Shown: in pieces, positions 1 through 9,784 of the stretch
Numbering within the stretch: position 1 is the first letter of the stretch
Layout of the letters: every line of letters starts with the position of its first letter
Assembly: GCA_965261595.1 (NCBI GenBank)
Contig: CBDHDG010000001.1
Location: 159,085-223,084 of the forward strand
Source of the DNA: a bacterium
GTDB lineage: Bacteria; UBA8248; JACPRG01; G963555815
Reading direction: 5' to 3'
DNA: 64,000 nt
Notes under the pieces: generated by a model
The model's database searches: none
What the model was told of the DNA's origin: nothing
What the model saw: the letters and a program-made list of their open reading frames with translations, nothing else
Program-made: the position numbers and the translations under genes

Positions 1-1
1 G

Positions 2-370
2 GTTTCGCGGGGCCCATTCGAGTTCGGCCCGGCGGCCGCGTTCTCAGCGCGCCTCGTCGGCGAAGTCGCCCGCCGCGGCCTGCCCGAAGATACGTTGCTC
101 AACGTCAACGTTCCCGACCTGCCCGGGGACCGGATTCGCGGCATCCGCGTCACCCGCCAAGGCAAGAGCTTCTACGGAGAAGCCATCGTCGAGAAGGTGG
201 ACCCCAGGGGCCGGAAGTATTTCTGGATCGGCGGCGGCGACGCCGAATGGGCCCGGAAGGGCGATACCGATCTCGATGCCGCTCACGAAGGGTTCATCTC
301 CGTCACGCCCCTTCACCTCGATCTGACCAACGAAGCGGCCCATCAAGCCATGAGCGAATGGTCTTTCTAG
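2..370 (+). CDS. surE: 5'/3'-nucleotidase SurE, C-terminal part (runs off window start)
   Basis: LLNVNVP...DPRGRKYFWIGG...TDLDAAHEGFISVTPL are SurE C-terminal motifs; directly upstream of pcm. Confidence 0.93.
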   Translation, partial: VSRGPFEFGPAAAFSARLVGEVARRGLPEDTLLNVNVPDLPGDRIRGIRVTRQGKSFYGEAIVEKVDPRGRKYFWIGGGDAEWARKGDTDLDAAHEGFISVTPLHLDLTNEAAHQAMSEWSF

Positions 371-375
371 CGCCT

Positions 376-639
376 GGTTGCATAGTTCCGCGTATGAATT
401 ATTCGGGTTGTTGCCCCGATCTGAGCGAAGGGCATAGCCCGAAGCGGAGATCGGGGCGCGCTTTACGCAGCCGCGATTTCCGCCGGCGGGGCGGGCAGCG
501 GGTCGGTTGACCCCTTGCCCGCCGGCGGGCTGGAGGGTCACCGACCCGCGCCCGGCCTACCCAATCGCGGCTACAACGGGAGGGCCGCTCCACCGCTCAC
601 TGAAAGGCGCGAAGAATTATTGCGCGGACTTCCGCAACC
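376..639. mobile_element. MITE-like palindromic element
   Basis: Imperfect ~30-bp terminal inverted repeats (ggttgcatagttccgcgtatgaattattcg vs cgaagaattattgcgcggacttccgcaacc) and nested internal hairpins; right ~60 bp recur inverted at ~31148-31206. Confidence 0.6.
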
Positions 640-694
640 AACCTCCAGGCCCGTTCGCCCCGTGCGGGAACCTCCGGAGAACGGAGGCCGAACC

Positions 695-1393
695 TTGAAA
701 CTTCCTTTTTTGTCCAACAACCGCCGCCGCGAAAACGGCCGGGAGGATCCCCAAGCCTACGCCAAAGAGCGCGAGCGGATGGTTCGGGACCAACTGGCTG
801 AACGGGGGATCACGGACATCCGCGTCCTGGACGCGATGCGCCGCGTTCCCCGCCACCTGATGGTGGAGGAGGCCCTGCGGTTTCGCGCGTATCAGGATCA
901 CCCGCTCCCCATCGGCGAGGGGCAGACAATTTCCCAACCGTTCATTGTGGCGCTCACCTGCCAAGCGCTCTCCCTTCGGGGCGCCGAGCGGGTCTTGGAA
1001 ATCGGCACGGGTTCGGGCTACCAGACGGCGATCCTGGCGGAGCTGGTCGAGAAGGTCTACACCATCGAAAGGCTGAAATCGCTGGGAACGCGCGCCCGCG
1101 ACCAACTGGAAGCCCTGGGCCACCACAACGTGGCCGGGCGGATTGCCGACGGCACCCTGGGATGGCCGGAAGAAAGCCCTTTCGACGCCATCGTCGTCGC
1201 GGCGTCCTCGCCGGAGGTGCCGGCCCCCCTGAAGGAGCAGCTTGCGGAAGGGGGACGCATGGTGATCCCGATCGGCAAAGCGGATGAGCAGGACCTGGTC
1301 CGGGTCACAAAGGAGCGCGGCGAGACGAGGCTCGAAAAGTTGAGCGACTGTGTATTCGTGAAGCTCGTGGGAAAACACGGCTGGAAGGCCTGA
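695..1393 (+). CDS. pcm: Protein-L-isoaspartate(D-aspartate) O-methyltransferase
   Basis: LPIGEGQTISQP, VLEIGTGSGYQTA, GWPEESPFDAI motifs; TTG start at 695 after GGAGG (start inferred). Confidence 0.95.
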   Translation: MKLPFLSNNRRRENGREDPQAYAKERERMVRDQLAERGITDIRVLDAMRRVPRHLMVEEALRFRAYQDHPLPIGEGQTISQPFIVALTCQALSLRGAERVLEIGTGSGYQTAILAELVEKVYTIERLKSLGTRARDQLEALGHHNVAGRIADGTLGWPEESPFDAIVVAASSPEVPAPLKEQLAEGGRMVIPIGKADEQDLVRVTKERGETRLEKLSDCVFVKLVGKHGWKA

Positions 1394-1466
1394 GGCCGCC
1401 GCTCAGGCTGGCAAACCGTGGGAAGATTCATTACATTGTAAGTTTGCGGGGGTAAGAGCATCGGAT

Positions 1467-1543
1467 CGGGGCGTAGCGCAGCTTGGTAGCGCGCTTGCTT
1501 CGGGAGCAAGAGGTCAGGAGTTCAAATCTCCTCGCCCCGACCA
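1467..1543 (+). tRNA. tRNA-Pro (anticodon CGG)
   Basis: Cloverleaf cggggcgtagcgcagcttggtagcgcg-cttgc-ttCGGga-gcaag...gttcaaatc...ccccgaCCA, 77 nt. Confidence 0.97.
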
Positions 1544-1550
1544 TATTGAA

Positions 1551-1590
1551 AAAAGGGCCGGCAGCGTTCTCGCCGGCCCTTTTTCTTTTT
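1551..1590 (+). terminator. Intrinsic terminator after tRNA-Pro
   Basis: aaaagggccggc-loop-gccggcccttttt hairpin with T tract. Confidence 0.8.
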
Positions 1591-1806
1591 CAGGGGGGGG
1601 GCCGAATCGGGCCGCCGGGCGCATCATCCGGGCGAGTGTCCATCTCCGTCTCGCGCGGGCGGACGGGCGGGGACGGGGACCCGCCCCGACGACGGAAAAG
1701 GCCGTGTGCCGTAGTGCGCAGCCAATCACGATTCAGTGATGTGTCGGCGAAAAATCCAGGCTCGCCTGAGCTCCTCGCCCGCCAGCCGGTGATAGGCCGC
1801 TCCCCA

Positions 1807-2595
1807 TCAGATGCAGGAGGACGCGCCCCCGTTGATGTCGATGAGCGTCCCGTGGACGAACGTGGCCTGCTCGGACGCCAGGAAGAGCACCAGCCCCACA
1901 ACCTCTTCGGGCGTTCCCGCCCGGCTGATCGGCCGTTGGGCGAACAGGTCGGCCTCCAACGCCTCGGGCGACACCCCCCGGGCCGCCGCCCGGCGCGCCA
2001 GGTTCCGATCGTACCGCTCGTTCCGGATGGCCCCGGGATTCACCGCGTTGACGATGATGTTGTGCTTCCCGCCCTCGTTGGCGAGGGTCTTGGTGAAGTT
2101 CATGAGCGCCGCGTTCACCACGCCGCCGACGGCGTAGTTCTCCAGGGGCTTGCGCCCGGCGTCTCCGATGACATTGACAATCCGCCCGCCCCGCTGCTCC
2201 CGCATGTGGGGAAACACCTCGCGGCTGAGACGGACGTATCCCATCACCTTCAAGCTCCAGGCGTCCATCCAGGCGGAATCCGGGAGATCGAGGAAGGGCC
2301 CGGCGACACTGGCGCCCGCGTTATTGACCAGGACATCGATCCGGCCGAACCGTTCGAGCGTCCGGGATACCAGGTCCCGGATCTCCTCTTCCTCGGTGAG
2401 GTCGCACGGGACGGAGAGCACCTCGACGCCCGCTTGACGCTCGATTTCCCGCGCCATCTCATCCAGAAGGTCCCGGCCCCGGGCGCAGATGCTCAGGTGC
2501 GCCCCTTCATCGGCGAAACCCCGGGCGATGGCTTGACCGATCCCCTTGCTGGCGCCGGTGACCAGAACCACTTTTTCTTTCAGTCCGAGCTCCAC
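1807..2595 (-). CDS. Short-chain dehydrogenase/reductase (SDR)
   Basis: TGASKGIG, DVLVNNAG, VNAVNPG motifs; canonical YxxxK replaced (NYAVGGVVNAAL). Confidence 0.9.
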   Translation of the reverse strand: MELGLKEKVVLVTGASKGIGQAIARGFADEGAHLSICARGRDLLDEMAREIERQAGVEVLSVPCDLTEEEEIRDLVSRTLERFGRIDVLVNNAGASVAGPFLDLPDSAWMDAWSLKVMGYVRLSREVFPHMREQRGGRIVNVIGDAGRKPLENYAVGGVVNAALMNFTKTLANEGGKHNIIVNAVNPGAIRNERYDRNLARRAAARGVSPEALEADLFAQRPISRAGTPEEVVGLVLFLASEQATFVHGTLIDINGGASSCI

Positions 2596-3569
2596 GCTTG
2601 GCTTGACTCCGATGATGTCTCACTGAGCGCACCGGCGCTCTTTGGGGGAAGCCGCAGGGCCTTGTCGGGCAGAAAGTCGTTGGAATAAACCGCCTCGGCC
2701 GATTCCGCCCCGCCCCGCCCCAGCGCCTGAAGGGATTCCTCCAACTTATCAACGGGAAGAAATCCGAGTCCGTCACGCCGGGAATCGTCTGTCACGATAA
2801 AGGGAATGGTCCGCTTCCATTGGAGGCGGGCAAGGTCTTGGCTGATGTGGGGATTGCGCCCGGAGAAAAGGTCGGCGGCCTCCGCCGGATTGGACACGGC
2901 CCACGAGACGCCGCGATACGTAGCCCGCAGGAACCGGCGAACCACGTCGGGCCGCTCATCGAGGAGGCTTTCGGAAACCACGAACCCGTTGGAGACCATA
3001 TCGAACCCGAAGTCGGCCCAGAGCAGCCCCAGCGCCGTCGAGCCCTTCTCGGCCGCTCCCGCCTCGATGGCGGGTCCGTTGATGACGTAGCTCAACAGGG
3101 CGTCGACCCCTCCCGAGAGGAGGGCCGGAACCTTCTCTTCGGCCGGGATGAAGACCCGGTTCACGTCTTCGGCGTCAAGACCCGCATGATTCAGGAAGGC
3201 GGGGAACAACAAGGCGCCCGCGTCGGACTCCGTCACTGCGATGGACCTTCCACGCAGATCGCCCGGGGAAGAGATCCCAGACCCCCCCAGGGTGTAGACG
3301 ACATGCTGGGCGCGATGATAGAGAACGCCGACCCCCTTGAGCGGCAGGCCCTCCGAGCGGGCCATTAACATCACCGCAAGGTCCACCTCCCCGATCTCGA
3401 CCTCCCCCGCCGCCACCTCCCTGACGGTCTTCGCGGAGCCGTATCCTCGCGTGATGTCGCAATCGATGTCTTCTTCCTCGTAAAACCCCTTCGCCTGGGC
3501 CGCCCAGATCCCGGTGTGTCCGCCATGGATCAAAAGGCCGTTTCTGAGCCGGACATGATCAGCCGCCAT
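2580..3569 (-). CDS. NMT1/THI5-like substrate-binding-fold protein without signal peptide
   Basis: AQAKGFYEEEDID, DLRGRSIAV, RPDVVRRFLRATYRG are typical of SsuA/THI5-like SBPs; overlaps SDR start by 16 nt. Confidence 0.85.
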   Translation of the reverse strand: MAADHVRLRNGLLIHGGHTGIWAAQAKGFYEEEDIDCDITRGYGSAKTVREVAAGEVEIGEVDLAVMLMARSEGLPLKGVGVLYHRAQHVVYTLGGSGISSPGDLRGRSIAVTESDAGALLFPAFLNHAGLDAEDVNRVFIPAEEKVPALLSGGVDALLSYVINGPAIEAGAAEKGSTALGLLWADFGFDMVSNGFVVSESLLDERPDVVRRFLRATYRGVSWAVSNPAEAADLFSGRNPHISQDLARLQWKRTIPFIVTDDSRRDGLGFLPVDKLEESLQALGRGGAESAEAVYSNDFLPDKALRLPPKSAGALSETSSESSQAWSSD

Positions 3570-3667
3570 TTCCCCTCCCCGAACACCGTTGACCGCCTAC
3601 GGTCATCCCAAATTCCAGAATTGCGCCCGCCCCTGGCTCGGCCCACCGCATCGACCTGAAACAACCG

Positions 3668-3886
3668 TCAAGACTGGCCAAGGACCACCGTCTCGACCGC
3701 CACCCCGGGCTCGGATGAAGCGGGCCGATAATGCAACAACTCGAAACCGATGACCCGTCCTTCGCTGTCTTTCATCAAGACAACCTCTTCCGTCGTCTCC
3801 CGGCAAACATGCTCTTTGGTCGGCTCATCCAGCCAGACAGTCAGCGTATGCCCGACCGTATCATGGATCACCTTGATCTTGTCCAA
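3668..3886 (-). CDS. DUF2283-family small protein (putative antitoxin)
   Basis: MDKIKVIHDTVGHTLTVWLD...VVLMKDSEGRVIGFE matches the DUF2283 pattern. Confidence 0.8.
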   Translation of the reverse strand: MDKIKVIHDTVGHTLTVWLDEPTKEHVCRETTEEVVLMKDSEGRVIGFELLHYRPASSEPGVAVETVVLGQS

Positions 3887-4023
3887 ACCGTTTCTCCCGC
3901 CTTGGCCACATCACATCGATACGCTGTAACGAGAAAACCCGTACCGCCCTCCCGGCGCGTCACCACACAGACCCAGCGACGAGGCTCACGGCGGACAATA
4001 TTTACAAGGGTTGAACCTTCCAT
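3868..4023 (-). pseudogene. Truncated DUF4258-like (RelE-like) toxin, C-terminal half only
   Basis: Manual translation REPRRWVCVVTRREGGTGFLVTAYRCDVAKAGETVWTRSR*; overlaps the DUF2283 start as in TA pairs; N-terminal half absent. Confidence 0.65.
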
Positions 4024-4053
4024 TTTGAAAGGCAACCACAACATCCGATACCA

Positions 4054-4645
4054 TTACAGACGGTTCACCAGCATGCCGATGTCCCGAATAAACTTGTCCA
4101 AAGAGGGGCAGTTTCTTCTGGCGACCTCGATGTCAAACTTACTCGCCAATGCGGGTTGGTCATCTACTGGAAGGTATGTTCGATGACCAATCATATTTCT
4201 TGAAAGGAACCCTTTCGCATTCCGAACCGACTCAGCATACACAACATCCTCCACATGCGACTTAAGTCCACGTATGCCCCGAAGAGACTTTTGACTCCCC
4301 AAGAACCAAGACTCGAATTCGGATTTTGCGCAGACCACCGAGACTGGAATCACCCCAAAACCTCTTTTGAACGAGATAGAAGGCTCGGCCCCAGCTCCGC
4401 CGGGCAATCATCATCCGCATCAATCAAGAGCATGACTGCTGATGCATTGGACCGATGTGCGATGGCCACCCGAAGCGATCTTTCCAATTCGCCTTCACGA
4501 ACGATCCGTTGGCGCTTAATACGAAATGCCTTGCAACAATTACATCCGGTCGGCCTTCGGCCTGTATAATTCGCCGAATCAGGACTGGAGTTGCCTCTAT
4601 TTCTCCATGCCCTTCCACGATCGGAAGTAGAGTAGGCCCCGGCAT
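4054..4645 (-). CDS. DUF4276-family (TOPRIM-like) protein, two frameshifts
   Basis: PIVEGHGE / LLIDADDDCPAELG / EFESWFL / RRNCPSLDKF lie in three successive frames; shifts near 4527 and 4355. Confidence 0.8.
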
Positions 4646-4654
4646 GATCTGAAT

Positions 4655-5830
4655 CTATTCGAAAAGATGGAACTGTTGCGCTTTGGCGTTCGCCGCCTCT
4701 CGATCCGCCTCAATTTCATCAGACCGAAGCAACTCCCCCGGTGTATATAATTTTCGGCGAATTACTTCGCGATTTGATTCCGTAAGGGGGCTGATGATTG
4801 TGTTTCCTTTAATTGCCTCTACTACACGTATTTGGTCTCCAGAAAGTAGCTTTTCGTCCAAAATTTCCGGGCTGTGAGTTGTAAAGAGAATTTGCCGTCT
4901 GTTCGCGGCGTCTTGAAGCACCTCAATGAGGAGATCACTCACCGCAGGATGAACTGTCGATTCCGGTTCCTCGATTCCAATGAGTGATAATTCGGCGGAC
5001 TGGTAAAGCGCCAACAAAAGACCCAAAACCCGCAAGGTTCCGTCCGACATATTCGCGGCATCGAACGCCCATGCATGCTTTTGTCCCACATCTTGTTTGA
5101 ACTTAATCGTCTCTCTTGTCCCCAGGCTCCGATATTCGACAGACCGCACACCCGGTATCACCGTAGAAAGAATCCTACAAATTCGCCCATAACCATCGCC
5201 ATCTGCCGATTGAGCGTCATGTAATCGCTTAAGAACCGCTGCGGCATTTCGACCCTCTCGTTGTAGAAAGTCTCCGGAATCTGGTTCTTGGAGCTCTCTG
5301 AGACGAGAAGGAACAATAGAATAAAAGCGCATTGAAGTCAGCCAATCATAGACCGGTCGAAATTCTTCAGCCGCCGAGACAACAGACAGTGCAAGCCGGT
5401 CAGGCTCAATTTTCGGACGAAGACCCGGAACCTCTTTTACAAATTTCCCATCTCGAACTTCAAATCGATCTGACCCGTCATTTTGACGTAGAACGATACA
5501 TTGCTCACGTGCAACGCGGAATCCTTCTCGAGGCTTCGCAGCAATTACAAATGCATATTGTGCATGAATCGAATCGGATATCTGAATGGAAAGCCGCATT
5601 CCAATATTTGTCGGATGCCCACCCGATCGTCTACGTACAGCGCCAATGCCGCCCCGCTCCTTGAAAGCGATATCAAGAGAACCTAGAAGGCTATCGCCAA
5701 CAAATGAGAGCGCATCCAGAAAATTACTTTTTCCCGCACCGTTTGGCCCAACCAGCACTGTAAGTTGTTGCAAATCCACAACGGCGCGCGCGATGTTCTT
5801 ATAGTTCCGAATTTGAACCTGCTGGAGCAC
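4655..5830 (-). CDS. ABC/AAA_21-type ATPase
   Basis: Walker A GPNGAGKSN, signature MSDGTLR, Walker B IGIEEPESTVHP, H-loop TTHS. Confidence 0.92.
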   Translation of the reverse strand: MLQQVQIRNYKNIARAVVDLQQLTVLVGPNGAGKSNFLDALSFVGDSLLGSLDIAFKERGGIGAVRRRSGGHPTNIGMRLSIQISDSIHAQYAFVIAAKPREGFRVAREQCIVLRQNDGSDRFEVRDGKFVKEVPGLRPKIEPDRLALSVVSAAEEFRPVYDWLTSMRFYSIVPSRLRELQEPDSGDFLQREGRNAAAVLKRLHDAQSADGDGYGRICRILSTVIPGVRSVEYRSLGTRETIKFKQDVGQKHAWAFDAANMSDGTLRVLGLLLALYQSAELSLIGIEEPESTVHPAVSDLLIEVLQDAANRRQILFTTHSPEILDEKLLSGDQIRVVEAIKGNTIISPLTESNREVIRRKLYTPGELLRSDEIEADREAANAKAQQFHLFE

Positions 5831-5966
5831 TTCAATCTCCCATAAGATCTATCCCAAATTTCACATCCTCTCCAAATCAAAGAATATACCCATCGAACCT
5901 TCTATTCAAATTAGATCAAATATGCCTGGGGATTTCACGCAACATTTGACTCGCCTCCGGCCCCCC

Positions 5967-7341
5967 CTACACCGGCACAACCACCGGATTCTCCAGCATC
6001 CCCTTTAGGAGCGCCAGGAACTCGGCGGCGGGGGCGCCGTCTACGATCCGGTGGTCGAACGACAGGCTCAGGTAGACGATGTCCCGGATTTCGATCTCGC
6101 CATCGACGACGACGGGCGTCGGGGTGATCTTCCCGATGCCCAGGATGCAACTGTTCGGCAGGTCGATGATGGGCGTGAACATCTGGATGCCGTACCCGCC
6201 CAGGTTCGTGATCGTGAACGTGGCGCCTTCGAGCGCGTCCGGGGTGATCCGGCCGTCCTTGGCCCGATCGGCCAGGTCACGGGTCTCGCGGGCGATTTGC
6301 CCCATGTCCTTTTGATCCACGTTCCGGATAACGGGGACCATCAGGCCCCCCTCGACGTTCACGGCCACGCCGATGTTCACGTCGCCCAGGACCTCGATCA
6401 CGTCGCCGTTCAGCCGGGAATTGACTTTCGGGTAGCGCCGGATGGCCCGCGCGACCTGATGGACGAAAATGTCGTTGTACGTCACCTTGACGCCGAACAG
6501 CGTCTCCCAACCCTCTTTGTTGGACTCGCGCATATCGACGATTCGCGATACGTCCACGTCGATCACTTCGGTGACGGTCGGCGCAGCCGACCAGCTTTGC
6601 GCCATCCGCCGGCCGATGACCTCCCGCATCCCCCGGACCGGGATGGTCTCGAGGATTCCGCCCGGCGCGGCGGGAGCCGGGGGGGCGAACGCCGGAATCC
6701 CCGGCCCGGCCCGGGCGGCCTTGAGGATGTCGTCCTTGATGATGCGCCCCTTCGGGCCGCTGCCCTGAATCCGCCCTGGATCGATCCCCCGCTCCTTCGC
6801 CAGCCTCCGGGCCAGCGGGGAGATGAAGATCCGTCCGTTCGCGCGCGGGGGCGCGGCGGGCGTCACGGCCGGAGCCGCGGGGGAGGCGGCCCCCCCCCCC
6901 TCCGCCGCCTTGAGAACGTCCTCCTTCACGATCCGCCCGCCGGGACCGCTGCCTTCGAGCGTCGAGACATCGACCCCCATCTCGGCGGCCAGCTTTTTGG
7001 CCACCGGAGAGATGGCGATCCGACCATTTCCCCGAGGGGGCGCCTCAGGGGGGGGGGGGGGGGGGGGCGGAGGGAGCGGGGGCCGCCGCGTCGACCTCTT
7101 CGCCCGCCGCGCCGATGAAGGCGATCACATCGCCGGTGGGGACAACGTCTCCCTCGTTCGCCAGGAGCTTCAGAACCGTCCCCCCGGCCGGGGCCTCGAC
7201 CTCGAATTCCACCTTGTCCGTCTGGATGGTCAGCAGGACCTCGCCCGTCTCGACGGGATCGCCCACGCCCTTGTTCCAGTTGAGGACGGTCCCCTGCTCC
7301 ATCGTCAGTCCCAGCTTGGGCATGGTGACTTCAACGGCCAT
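5967..7341 (-). CDS. 2-oxoacid/acetoin dehydrogenase E2 (dihydrolipoamide acyltransferase), frameshift in G-run ~7048-7067
   Basis: Lipoyl domain (MPKLGLTMEQG...TDKV), two E3/E1-binding domains (GSGPGGRI, GSGPKGRI), catalytic DHRIVDGA. Confidence 0.92.
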
Positions 7342-7403
7342 TCCGGCTATCTCCTTGCGTTCCCCCTCCGACAGCGGCCGCGGGGGAACCCTTGATCATC
7401 CGA

Positions 7404-8381
7404 TCATTCAGTCCAAAGCGCGCGCACGCCCTCGACAATCCTATCGACGTTCGGGATGACGGCATCCTCCAGATTGGGGGCGAAGGGCACCGGGGTCTCC
7501 AGCGCCGCCACCCTGCGGATGGGGGCGTCCAGATAATCCATGACCTCCTCGGCCGCCATCGCCGCGATCTCCGCCCCCCAGCCGCACCGCTTCACCGCCT
7601 CGTGAACGATGACCAGCCGGCTCGTCTTCCGGATCGAGGCCAGAATCGTTTCCCGGTCCAGGGGGAACAGCGTTCGCGGGTCGACCACCTCGACCTCGAT
7701 CCCCTCCCCGGCCAGGACCTCGGCGGCCTGAAGGGATCGGTGAACCATCCGGGAGGTCGAGACGATCGTCGCGTCCCGGCCCTCCCGCTTGACGTCGGCC
7801 TGACCCAGCGGGATCAGGTATTCCTCCTCGGGAACCGGTCCGGTCTCCGCGTAGAGCAGCTTGTGCTCGATGAAGAACACCGGGTCGTCGTCCCGGATGG
7901 CCGATTTCAGGAGACCCTTGGCGTCATAGGGCGTCGAGGGCATGACCACCTTCAGACCGGGAACGTGGACGAACCAGGCCTCCAGGCTCTGGGCGTGCTG
8001 CGCGGCGGAGGACCGCCCTGCCCCGCCCTGGGTCCTCAGAACGATGGAGGTGCTCGCCTTTCCCCCGAACATGTAGCGGACCTTCGCGACCTGGTTGACG
8101 ATCTGGTCCATCGCCACGCCGGAGAAATCTATGTACATGAGCTCGGCCACCGGCCGCATCCCGATGAGGGCCGCGCCCAGCGCCGCCCCGACGATGGCCT
8201 GCTCGCTGATGGGCGTATTGCGGACCCGCTCGCGGCCGAACTCCTCCACCAGCCCCCGCGTCACCTTGTACGACCCGCCGAACTCGGCGATGTCCTCGCC
8301 CAGAAGGAACACGTCCCCGTCCCGGGCCATTTCTTCCCGCAAGGCCTCGTTCAGGGCGTCGCGGTAGGTCAGTTCGCGCAT
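7404..8381 (-). CDS. Acetoin/pyruvate dehydrogenase E1 beta subunit
   Basis: [32 protein letters not shown]. Confidence 0.95.
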   Translation of the reverse strand: MRELTYRDALNEALREEMARDGDVFLLGEDIAEFGGSYKVTRGLVEEFGRERVRNTPISEQAIVGAALGAALIGMRPVAELMYIDFSGVAMDQIVNQVAKVRYMFGGKASTSIVLRTQGGAGRSSAAQHAQSLEAWFVHVPGLKVVMPSTPYDAKGLLKSAIRDDDPVFFIEHKLLYAETGPVPEEEYLIPLGQADVKREGRDATIVSTSRMVHRSLQAAEVLAGEGIEVEVVDPRTLFPLDRETILASIRKTSRLVIVHEAVKRCGWGAEIAAMAAEEVMDYLDAPIRRVAALETPVPFAPNLEDAVIPNVDRIVEGVRALWTE

Positions 8382-8429
8382 GTCGCCTTCTCACAACCCG
8401 AAACCCACCCGGGAACCGAAGAGACCGAC

Positions 8430-9404
8430 TCAGATCGACGCATACACATCCGTCAACGCCTCGGCGTCATCGGGCGGCGGGCTGTTTCGGGCGAAGTCCA
8501 CGGCCTCTTCAATCTCGGCGGAAAGCCGGGCGCGCGTCTTCTCGAAGTCCTTCTTGCCGGCCCACCGGCCCTTGAGGAGGACCTTCTCGAACAGCTCGAT
8601 GGGGTCCCGCTTCTTCCAGCCGTCGACCTCTTCCCGCGTGCGGTAGGCGGAGCCCGGGTCGCCCACGTAATGGCCGAGGAAGCGGTAGGTCTTGGCCTCG
8701 ATGAGCGTGGGGCCTTTGCCCTTGCGCGCCCGGTCCACGGCCGCCCGCGCGACCTCATGGACGGCCAGCACGTCCTGGCCGTCCACGCTGACGCCGGGGA
8801 TGTCGTAGGCCTTGGCCCGGTCGGCGATGTCCACAATGGATTGGTGCGTCCGCTGGGGGGTGGACTCGGCGTAGAGGTTGTTCTCGCAAACGAACACGGC
8901 CGGGAGCCGCCAGAAGGCGGCGAGGTTGATCCCCTCGTGGAAGGCCCCTTCGTTGGCCGCCCCGTCGCCGAAGAAGGCCACCTGAACCTGCTTGGTCTTC
9001 CTGAGTTGAAAGGCCAGGGCCGCGCCCGCGGCTATGGGGATGCCCGCGCCGACGATCCCGTTGGCCCCGAGGATGCCAAGGGCCTGGTCGGCGATGTGCA
9101 TCGACCCGCCCTTGCCTTTGCAGTAACCCGTCGTCCGGGCGTAAAGCTCGGCGAACATGGGGCCGAACGCGCACCCCTTGGCGAGGACGTGGCCGTGGCC
9201 CCGGTGCGTCCCGATGATGTGGTCCTCACGCTTGAGGGCCGCGCAGACCCCGACCGCGACAGCCTCCTCGCCGATGTAGGCGTGGAGAAAGCCCGGCAGC
9301 TCCCCCGCCTGGAAGATCTCGATGGACTTCTCCTCGAAGAGCCGGATGCGGAGCATGTCTTTGTACAGGCGGAGATAGAGGGATTTATTCGAGGCGCGGG
9401 GCAT
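8430..9404 (-). CDS. Acetoin/pyruvate dehydrogenase E1 alpha subunit (TPP-dependent)
   Basis: THRGHGH, GKGGSMH, GDGAANEG...ENN, TYRFLGH. Confidence 0.95.
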   Translation of the reverse strand: MPRASNKSLYLRLYKDMLRIRLFEEKSIEIFQAGELPGFLHAYIGEEAVAVGVCAALKREDHIIGTHRGHGHVLAKGCAFGPMFAELYARTTGYCKGKGGSMHIADQALGILGANGIVGAGIPIAAGAALAFQLRKTKQVQVAFFGDGAANEGAFHEGINLAAFWRLPAVFVCENNLYAESTPQRTHQSIVDIADRAKAYDIPGVSVDGQDVLAVHEVARAAVDRARKGKGPTLIEAKTYRFLGHYVGDPGSAYRTREEVDGWKKRDPIELFEKVLLKGRWAGKKDFEKTRARLSAEIEEAVDFARNSPPPDDAEALTDVYASI

Positions 9405-9784
9405 GTTTGGCGGGGTCCTTTACGCGATGGATTGTCGGCCATTCAAGCGGACGACAGAATATCACCCCGCCGGGCGATGTCAATTCGTCCGGCCGTTTAA
9501 GGACAAGTCATCGGAGCCCGATTAACCCTATTGTTGACAAAAGGTTAGGAGCTTTGAAAGTCCATATCCAAACTGGAAACGCATCCATACAGGGTATTTG
9601 GCCCAAATCATGCAGGAAAAACAAAAGGAATTTTGCCTGTTGAAATAAGGAGATTTCGCCCTCTGTTCAGGGTCTCTTGAGACGCGCCACCTAAACCATA
9701 TGGTCATAGCCGGCCTGATTCGCTTTAGCTTGCAGGGAAACCGGGCAAGCGGCCCGCGCCGGCGTCCGGATGGGATAAATCGAC

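Noticed and set aside
7048..7067. G20 tract as a phase-variation switch
   Set aside because: It lies in a Pro/Ala linker of a metabolic enzyme in a window full of homopolymer indels; error is more parsimonious
7392..9500. Long antisense ORFs (7392-9500, 14900-16426, 25328-27127, 28412-29776, 59614-61041)
   Set aside because: Shadow frames of well-supported genes in high-GC DNA, with no recognisable motifs
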